Below, in pieces: positions 53,439-64,000 of a DNA stretch of 64,000 nucleotides (its first letter is position 1; each line of letters opens with the position of its first letter). Under the pieces are notes generated by a model. That model made no database searches, was not told where the DNA came from, and saw only the letters and a list, made by a program, of their open reading frames with translations. The stretch spans positions 45,508,001 to 45,572,000 of the forward strand of contig OZ024753.1 of the NCBI GenBank assembly GCA_964016885.1. The letters are read 5' to 3'. A program made the position numbers and the translations under genes. This DNA is from Eledone cirrhosa. Lineage: Eukaryota.

Positions 53439-53439
53439 G

Positions 53440-53477
<38 letters not shown>

Positions 53478-53478
53478 G

Positions 53479-53526
<48 letters not shown>

Positions 53527-53544
53527 TATATATATACATATGTA

Positions 53545-53590
<46 letters not shown>

Positions 53591-53596
53591 CATATG

Positions 53597-53649
<53 letters not shown>

Positions 53650-53792
53650 CATATGTAATATATATATATATACATATGTAATATATATATACATATATAA
53701 TATATATATACATATGTAATATATATATGTAATATATATATATATACATATGTAATATATATATACATATATAATATATATATACATATGTA

Positions 53793-53823
<31 letters not shown>

Positions 53824-53901
53824 TAATATATATATATATATAATATATATATATATACATATGTAATATATATATACATATATAATATATATATACATAT
53901 G

Positions 53902-53936
<35 letters not shown>
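53035..53936. repeat. (TA)n array punctuated by TACATATGTAA
   Basis: Recurring palindromic tacatatgta motif. Confidence 0.98.
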
Positions 53937-53939
<3 letters not shown>

Positions 53940-54037
53940 GTTATTATATGTGTATTATATATTATTACTCATATATATATATATATAGAGAGAGAGAAAG
54001 TGGGTAGTGCACACCAAAACACAATCTGTTTTATATA

Positions 54038-54089
<52 letters not shown>

Positions 54090-54220
54090 CATGTGTGTGT
54101 GTGTCAGTATATATGTATATACGTATGTACATATAAACATCCGATTATACCTAGTTAGAAGACGCGGTGGATCCATATTTGAGATAAAGAAATCAATAAA
54201 AGTTAGAAGTGGAGTTACAA

Positions 54221-54284
<64 letters not shown>

Positions 54285-54639
54285 TTGTATGTATGTCTGA
54301 ATGTGCATTTGTGTTTGTACTTGGACACTCTTTTCCCACAATTATTGTCAATCATACTAAACATCCACTATTAAATTTATTCAAAGTTTAAACGTTAGAG
54401 ATATCATTCATTGGAAATATATTCAATCTTTCATAATATCCCGACATAGCTTCACACGAACAACATTTATTTCTATAAAGAAAATCATTAAAAGGACTAG
54501 CTTAGCATGCACTGATTATTGTTTAATTGATAACATACGACTTATGATTAGAGGGCCAATGGCTTTACAGTCAATATTTATATCTCTGTGGTATTATTAG
54601 GGTTTTAATTACAGTTCATTGCTCACAGATCAGAGAGTT

Positions 54640-55010
54640 GTCCAGTTACAAGCGGCCGAAATGGGATTCCTCCGAAGCAAAGTTGGAATAACGTTATTCG
54701 ATAAAGTGTGTCATTTCAGGTAGAGACACTGCTTCGAAATGACGGATCACAGTTCTGATATTATGGACGTATGGTTAGAATGTCCCTGAAAATAATCTCT
54801 GGACAGATTTTATGGGCCAAAACAGGCAGCCAGCACGAGACTCAGGAGTAATACTCGAGCAAGATTGTTGGATAACAATCATGAGTTTTCTGATCTCGCT
54901 TAGGGATCCAGGCGGATGAATTGAAGACTGATGCCTCTGACAGAACGAACGGGAAAGAGTGCTGGATGAATCTGATTCCATGGCTCTTCCAGGATTAATT
55001 TGCCGAAGAA
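54640..55010 (+). mobile_element. 3' remnant of an RTE-clade LINE
   Basis: LQAAEMGFLRSKVGITLFDKV, then YGRMVRM and ARLLDN, matching RTE C-terminal motifs (QAAEM.FLR..AG.TL.D.V, WYGHV.RM, RW.D). Confidence 0.8.
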
Positions 55011-55047
55011 GCAGATGGTTACTATATATACATATATATTGTTCACC

Positions 55048-55083
<36 letters not shown>

Positions 55084-55399
55084 TTCATTCTTTTAGTAAA
55101 GAATGTGGTTCTGGATTGAATTAGATTCCTTACCAAATATATCTATGTAAAATCCTATGTTCGGGTATGTTGAATTATTCAAAATATGAACGAATAATGA
55201 CCTTATTTATTGTTTGCATTGGTTTTATTGTTTTATTGTTGTATAGCCCCAGCTCAATCCATGTTGAGCAGCTCCAGGATCAATGACGATCAAGTCCTAA
55301 CCTTTACATGTTTCATACACTGGATTATTACATATTCTAATGTATCTTTCTTAATTTAACTCTGTGCTTTTGACATTTGGGGGAGATTCAGCAGCTATT

Positions 55400-56420
55400 T
55401 CTACACGATTAATTGCTTAAGTAATCCGTTGTTGATTCATGGTCTTATGACTGACTAATTCCCGGCTCAGTGTCAAATTATACATTCTCTTTATATTATG
55501 TAACAATATAATCTTTACTGATGCGTTCAAGTCAATGTGTTTTTCAAATAAATGTTCCATTAGATCTATTAGCTTTATATAAGGCAATCCATTAGTCTTA
55601 TATAACATCGCAATAATATCGCAATTGATCCAACTTTCAAGGTTTTCTTATGGGAGAAACACACCACTTAAATAACATTAGATAGCTGTATATATCGTCA
55701 CCATCCTAACTGGATTCAATGACATACTAATTGACTATTTATACATCAAATACGTTGATAATTTCTCCCATTTATAGATCAACAACATTATGATGTTTGA
55801 AAAAATAACCCAGGTCCCTTAATGAAAGAAGATTAAAGTAAACTGTAGCTAACAATACGTGCTTTAATTTATCCCCGTGAGTTACATCCGTCAAGCCTTG
55901 ATAACAGTATCTGGTTTTAGTTCCGACTGATTGTGTAGAACCCATTGAAGCAAGTCCACCATTTCTATTCTACTTTGCTGTCAACACTCTACTTAATCTT
56001 GCGACAATCTCACTCCCAACGAAAACCTTTCAAAATCTATTGATTGGGTACATTATCTTTAAAAATATTCCATCTGTGTAATTTCCTTATTATCTATACT
56101 TATGAGTGGTATGTCCCCAAATCTCATTTCTCTTTGGAGTAATTAACAAAGTGTAATTTATGTGTCGTAATCTTTATACAGTACTTTAATTCACTGCAGA
56201 CTTTGATCCTTGATTCAATGCTGCAATGTATACCAATCAACTCCATATTTGGTCCTGGGGGAAATATTGCTTTTACAGGAGAAGTTGGTACATACGAATT
56301 ATATTTATAAAACGAAACATTTGAAATAGAAGAATGTGCGTCACATTTGTATGATAGAATTAATCTCTCATTTCGTTTAACAATATCACCTGAGCCTCGG
56401 TTGACTTTCCCCAATCACTT
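55400..56420 (-). mobile_element. Decayed LINE reverse-transcriptase remnant
   Basis: Ordered minus-strand relics: GK..G.GDIV (GKAPGPD-like), a QGDPLS-like segment near 55820, and GDDI (YADD-like) near 55700. Confidence 0.45.
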
Positions 56421-56766
56421 TCTGTTGCAAACAATTGAACCAGGTGTATATACCTTCCTTTCCTCACCCCTATATCCACGGATACACTGAAAAGGGACTA
56501 TGAATATTGCTTTTCCCTTACAGTATTGTATCAAATGCAAATTATATAAACAGCTTGAACGCCTATATATATATATATGTAATAAAATTTATGAAACGAT
56601 GTCATCCGACAAACTGATGTATCTACGATCGTTTTCTCATTCACTTAATGCTTTAGTTAAGCCAGTATCATTAAAATACCAAACTAAAGGAAAGCAGAGT
56701 GTACACTAATGCTTTAAATAGTGAGAGGAAAGATTCCCTGTAGGTAAAGAATCTAATTCTATATCC

Positions 56767-56838
<72 letters not shown>

Positions 56839-56901
56839 TCAGTCATCCTCTCTGTCTCTGATTTTCGTACCCATGGAATTTTATATATTCCTTTGTTATA
56901 T

Positions 56902-57413
56902 TTCGAATACCTGATGATATCACCGGATTCGTACGGAACCCGGTCATTGAAATGATCATAGCATAATAAACTTTTCAAGGATTTACACCAGTCCAGCCTC
57001 ATAATAATTAACTCCGTATTAGCACCACTAACTACACAAACGAAGACGGGTGAACTGCACTACGTTGAGTACTTTCCATAATATTGCATCAAGATTGACC
57101 ATACGGAATGACCAATTCTATCCGGTGGTGAACCAACAAACCAATATATATATATATATAAAAATAACAGATTAAAGTTTAAGCAAAGAATCGCTGCTTT
57201 CACCCTTAACGGGATCTTCTGAATATATATATATACCAGGTGGACCATAACGCACCGCCAAGGGAACAGACAAAGCGGGTGTTCTTGAATCCTTCGCCCA
57301 ATACCCGCTGATGAAGCCGAATAAGCCGGTTGTGCATTGTTGCATAATATATGCAGACAGATGGTGCAGTGCACCTTACTGCTGCATTAGTGCGGCAGAA
57401 ACTCGAGTCTGGG
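56902..57413 (+). ncRNA. Cluster of three degenerate hammerhead motifs (56902-56952, 57300-57335, 57372-57413)
   Basis: CTGATGAt..GGAAC-CCG-GTC; CTGATGA-agccgaataagc with GAAA lost; tgctgca-ttag-tgcggca-GAAAC-TCGA-GTC with an eroded CTGANGA. Confidence 0.5.
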
Positions 57414-58039
57414 AACCTTATAGGCACCCGTTTTACGTGTGTTGTGTTGAGGAAAATAACTATGTATATATTCTGGTAATGTATCTTACATCGCCCATTG
57501 AGTGCGCTGAGATACAACCGGTACTGGCATTGATAAATATGCTGGGTCCGTCAACCCTTATTATTATATATATATATATATATATATATACTGAAGTTAT
57601 TCACATTGTGATGCTAAGTACTGAGAAACATCCTTGTTTACCTTCCACTACCGCTGCATGAAACCACGGTATATTTTATTAGCAACATGAATAAAAGATC
57701 ACCAGATCATTTACATTCCATAAATATATTTTCCCTAAATCATTTTTTAACTGACACAGCAGTACCACCAGCTTTTTTTCGTAAATTTCTATAATCATCT
57801 CCGAACGACCTTCTCATTAACTTTGTGTTATCTCTAATGAAAGTTCAGTCAGTAAATTGCAAGTTAGCGACATATAGATTTAGATAGGAAAGCGAAAGAA
57901 ATAAAATAAACACCGAAAACAAAAAAAAAGACTAAATCTAGTAACTTACTGTTAACCTTTCGCCTATAAAATGCCTTAGGTAGAAGAGCTATAAAGAATC
58001 ACACACGTACACCCACACATATATGTAATGAATGTATGA

Positions 58040-58615
<576 letters not shown>

Positions 58616-58871
58616 GTGATCCTGTGTGTACTGGGAGAAGGAAAGAGCGAGAGGGGGAGTGTGGTAACCAATTATGAATATATATCTCTGTCTCATAATA
58701 TCTACATATCTAAATTGCTGATATACTGGACGATAAGAAATCAATGAATAAGTTAGAAGTTCAATATCTCACGGATGTTTGAAAATAATAATAATGTGTG
58801 ATGTAGTGTTTTGTGGAATTAAGGTGTGGGCAGAATAGTTTATTAATACATGTTAGATGTGGTTGTTGAAT

Positions 58872-59195
58872 CTCTCCCCCTCTCTATATATACTACAAGG
58901 AACTCTCTTCCAATCCCCCTCTCTATATCAATTACCACCAATATCTCCCCCCTCACTATATCTACTACAAGGAACTCTCTTCCAATCCCCCTCTCTATAT
59001 CAATTACCACCAATATCTCCCCCCTCACTATATCTACTACAAGGAACTCTCTTCCAATCCTCCTCTCTATATCAATTACCACAAATCTCTCCCTCCTCTC
59101 TATATCTACTACAAGGAACTCTCTTCCAATATCCATCTCTATATCAATAAACCCCCAAATCTCCCCTCCTCTATATCTACTGTACGGAACTTTCT
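58872..59195. repeat. 72-bp minisatellite, ~4.5 units
   Basis: tactacaaggaactctcttcc starts at 58891, 58963, 59035 and 59107. Confidence 0.95.
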
Positions 59196-60215
59196 TCAAT
59201 TATTTTTCTATATATAAATTACCACCAAACTCTCACCTTCTCTGTATCTATATCTATCTCTCCCATTTCTCTCTACATAACATGTACATAAATTGTAGCG
59301 CATATGCAAATAGACGTATGCTTTGGTAGTTTGGGGAGAAAAATATAATTATTGGGGGTGGGGGCCTGTCTCCCATCCCCAAGTTCATTAAGAAATATGT
59401 AGAGAAGGAGAATAAGTGAGGCAAAGAACTAATAAGAGATAAAGGGAGACAGAGAGAGGGTCAGTGAGAGAGAGAGAGGGAGAGCGAGAGTATGAAAGAA
59501 AGAATTGGAAGGGAGATTTACTGTGTATAGAAGATATTTTCTAACAGTGTTCCCAGGTAGAAAGTGTTTAAGAATAACACAATAGAAACTAATATATAAA
59601 CATGGAAAACAAGAGATAACGAGAGACAGTGTGTTGGTGTCTGTGTTCATTTGAATAAGCATGTGTTTATATATATGTGTGTGTGTGTTTATCTGTGTAT
59701 GTGGTTGTCTGCCTATGACTGTGTGTTTGTCTGCCTGTGTGATTGTCTATGTGTGTCTGTGTGTATTTGTCTGCCTATAAGTGTGTGTCTGCGTGTGTTT
59801 GTTTATTTGTGTGTGTGTGTGTTTGCCTGTATGTGTGTGTTTATCTCTAAGTGTGTCTGTGTATTTGTGTGTGTGTGAATGGAGGGGAAATATCAGAATG
59901 TTTGCTTTTGTATTCTTTTGACTCTTTTTGTGAGAATTTCGAATAAAACAATTTCTTTAGGGAAATATCCAGCAAATCATCACGTTTATTGATGCTCTAA
60001 GCGGCAACATTCTGGCTCTGAATACTAAAAGTATATGATTAACTACATATTTATTTTTCTGCGATTGTTGACGGGTGGAATTGACGTAGAGGAAAAGAAA
60101 ACACGTGGGCAATTCCACTGGGTTTAAACATACAACAACAAAAAAACATAACAACAACAGTAGTAGTAGCAGTAGTAGTAGTAAAATAATTATAAAATTA
60201 ATAATAATAATAATA

Positions 60216-60366
60216 ATTGTTTCTAATTTTGGCATAAGGCCAGCAATTATCCCAGTTGATTACTGGTACTTTATTTTATCGACCCCGTAAGGATGAAAGG
60301 GGAAGTTAACCTCGACGGGATTTGAACTCAGATCGTAGAGGAACGTAACTCTATGCTACAAAGCAT
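60216..60366 (-). mobile_element. SINE family A copy with (AAT)n tail
   Basis: Reverse complement of the SINE core. Confidence 0.93.
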
Positions 60367-60459
60367 ATTCATACCAATGTTCTTTCAAATAAAGCTTTTC
60401 TTTCATGACTTCTGAGTCTTTTACGCTATCCATGCAAAAGAACGGAGCAGCCCTGTGTG

Positions 60460-60490
<31 letters not shown>

Positions 60491-60686
60491 GTGTATATAA
60501 ATATGTGTGTGTGTGTGTGTATAAATATATATGTGTGTGTGTGTTTGTATTCGTATAAATATGTGTGTGTATCTCCCCATTGCTATATACTATCATTCCA
60601 AATTTATTTAATTCAACCACGTTTTCTACCATTATTTGTATATGCTGTTTATCCCTCAACCGTTCATGTATTTTGTTTTTTTCACA

Positions 60687-60753
<67 letters not shown>

Positions 60754-62640
60754 CTTGTTTCTATTTCTATTATATCAAATTGTTTTGTGAAATAGTTTTT
60801 CATATTCTAATTTTAATATTTCCAAAAAACTATTGCCATTGTTTCGAGTTGTCTTTGTTACTGCTATTGTTGGCGCAGCTGTTCTTCTGCTGAGAATTTG
60901 GTGTTGCTATTATTGCTCGCCATCTTCTGTTGCGTCTCTCAGTTCTCACAGAATCGAAGACATTTTTAGCAAGTTTGATTTATTTATTCATTCTTTTTCT
61001 GCTAGGTTTTGGTTTTTTATTTTCACATCCCCCGGCGGATAAAAACAGAATTTCCACACATTTCCCTGGCTGTTTAGAAAGAAACACATTAAAATTCACC
61101 GTTCCGGTTGCCATCGCCATTGCCATCTATCAGTAACACCATCTTGGTCATCATCATCATCTCCATCATCATCATCATCATACTTCTTATCATCGTCATC
61201 ATCATCACTGCCGTAGTCATCACCACTATCAACACAATCTTGGAACCATCATCATTATTCTCTTCCTAATCATCATCAATATAATCATCATCACAATCAT
61301 CGTCACCATTTCCTTGGAAATCATTACAATTACCGTTATCATCATCATTGATATCATCACCGTTTCCATCGACAAATAATTCCCTAATATTATTGGGGCT
61401 TCTGTTGGAATATGCAGCAAGAACATATCAAGACAATATTACTCTTGGGAAGCCAGAACTGTCGGAATATTCCATTCTTTTCTTTTCTTTCACTATAAAT
61501 ATTTGTCTTCATTCATTTGCCATATTGAAAATCCCTTTATTCATCGATGTCCTGACAGTACAGCGATGATGCTTACCGTTATGTAAGGGAAACGAAATCT
61601 CTTAGTCTTGATTGCTTGTTTTTGTTGTTGTCGTTTTACTTCTTATATCTATCTCATAAATACCATAATTCTTCATTTCCCTTGTCACAAACTAGATTTA
61701 ATGTAGTGAATTCTGTCTACGTTTCACCCCCTATAATAACAAACAAACCAATTGTCGTATTCAGGAGGGATTATAAAGAAACCGCAAAAATAGACAAACG
61801 TATATGATTACTTTCTTTTTCCCTCAATGCAATTGAATTCCCTTATTGAGGTATTCATAACTTTCCTGCTTCGTTTTGATTGGTTGCTCCATTCACTTTT
61901 CACTTTCATTAGAAAGAGCACCATCTCCTCTTCCTTCATCCCCTCCTCTCCCTTCCATACTCCTTTTCTTCCTCCTTCTGATCATAATCATCATCATAAT
62001 TTACCGTTCGGTTTCTTATCACTTCGTTATAAAAATGACAATTAAAATTCAACTCTTGTATCGTGTATAATCTATTTTGTTAAAATAATATCACATTTGA
62101 AGTTTATGGAATTTGATCGGCGAATGCCAGAAATAACACCTCAACAAAACTCAACTAATTCTCTCTAACGAATTCTGCCAGCCGTTGGCTACTAAATAAA
62201 CTATAATGAAGTGTTTACATTAATAAAAACCTACATAGCATGTAATGACACAAATGCTTTCCTACAATCTGAAAGAAAGACTTTCAAAATCTTAAAACAA
62301 ATTGTACGTTAGCCTTTACAATAAGTATTGTATATATAGTGATAATACTCTTTACAAAAAACACCATTCATATGACAAACATTGTATATAATCAATTTCC
62401 AATGCAAATGTTTAAAAATTAGCATAAGATACACAGCAGAATTGCAAGGAAGGAAGCACGAGATAAACACCTCCATGCTTTAGATAAAACACACAAAGTG
62501 AAATCTTAATATTTCCATAGTCACCGTTAAAATAATAGAGCCTACACGTGAGAAATATTGCGGCGAAGTACTTGGTGGTAATTCTGGAAAAGTTCACACG
62601 AGAAAAAATACATAATAATAATAATAATATTATTATTCTT

Positions 62641-62760
62641 TATGATCTGAGTTCAAATCCCGCCGAGGTTAACTTTGCCTTTCATCCTTACGGGGTCGAT
62701 AAATAAAGTACCAGTAATGTACTGGGTAATTGCTGGCCTTGTGCCTAAAATAGAAACAAT
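62641..62760 (+). mobile_element. 5'-truncated SINE family A copy
   Basis: gagttcaaatcccgccgagg...ggccttgtgcctaaaatagaaac. Confidence 0.93.
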
Positions 62761-62863
62761 TATTATTACTATCGTCATTGTTGTTGTTGTACTTGTTGAT
62801 GTTGCTGTTATTGTTGTAACTATTATTGTCGTGTTTATATGCTGCTTGTTTTGTTAATGTTTA

Positions 62864-62902
<39 letters not shown>

Positions 62903-63005
62903 AAACATTAACAAAACAAGCAACATATAAACACGACAATAATAGTTACAACAATAACACCAACAACAACAAGTACAACAACAACAATGACGATAGTAAT
63001 AATAA
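62760..63005. repeat. ~245-bp palindrome centred on an (AAT)n/(ATT)n switch
   Basis: The arms are reverse complements with 3 mismatches by manual count. Confidence 0.95.
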
Positions 63006-63127
63006 TAAATAAATAAATAAAAGAAGATGAAGAATATGGATGAACAAGCTCATTGGTAATTATTTTACAAGGAAGCTTCACAGATGCAAGAATATTGAAC
63101 AGTACTAGATAAGCAAATATCGTGACT

Positions 63128-63188
<61 letters not shown>

Positions 63189-63365
63189 GTGTTTGAATAT
63201 GTGTCTTTGTGGATGTGCGTCTTTATGTATATGTGTGTATATATACATCACAATTTAGTCGTTGTGCACTTTTACTGAATAGAAGCCCCGTTTAGATGAA
63301 TTGAATTTATATGGTATACGTTACATTGGAGTGTCTGGAGTGTCTATATATATATATAGATATAG

Positions 63366-63451
<86 letters not shown>

Positions 63452-63682
63452 GTGTGTGTGTGTGTGTAAAAATTATATGTATGAAAACATGCAAATGATA
63501 GAATAGATTTCTTAAACCGTTCGATACTTTACAATTGTTTCGATGCATCATTCAAATAATACCAATGGAAAAGCACAATATAATAAAATGAAACATAGAA
63601 ACAAAATATATGTATTGAATATGGCTAAATATCAAGGATGTTTGTACATCTTCAGAAGCAACAATATAATTCCACCCCACCA

Positions 63683-63764
<82 letters not shown>

Positions 63765-64000
63765 TGTTATACTTGGGGAGGGTCATATTGTTGTAATAAT
63801 ATTGCCAGAAATAATAACAGAACACACTCACTGTTTGGCTGGTTTTCGCTTTTGTATCTTTTATATCCCCATAGTTAATTTATTTGGCAATCAACGTTTA
63901 TCATTGATTGACCATCGGTTAAAAATACAGATATAAATATATATATATATATATTGTCTATCAAAGTTCTTTCATTGCACATCTGCAACATCATCAGTGG

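Noticed and set aside
58872-59195. 72-bp (and 74-bp at 18945) arrays as CRISPR or coding repeats
   Set aside because: Whole units repeat with no unique spacers, no cas genes are present, and the context is eukaryotic.

Overview
AT-rich eukaryotic (metazoan) genomic DNA dominated by microsatellites and retroposons. The SINE families and kilobase-scale (TA)n arrays look cephalopod/octopus-like, but that assignment is an inference. No intact protein-coding gene is supported: the long ORFs are translations of TA/CA repeats. Supported content: about 12 copies of a tRNA-headed SINE (two with target-site duplications), a second SINE family, decayed LINE pieces (RTE, R4/Dong, Tx1/L1-like, Penelope-like), three copies of a bipartite RTE-derived element (two ending in a C2H2 finger), a 78-bp mariner-type MITE, a U2 snRNA 5' fragment, minisatellites, a ~1.1-kb duplication across a 200-N gap, and a candidate pair of small minus-strand exons. 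The most interesting signal is a dispersed set of minimal type I hammerhead-ribozyme motifs in short TA-flanked inserts. Several sit in fold-back structures: at 12197-12297 helix I is extended into a perfect 35-bp palindrome, and at 35209-35719 two copies lie in inverted orientation. This suggests Penelope-like, hairpin-primed mobile ribozyme cassettes.
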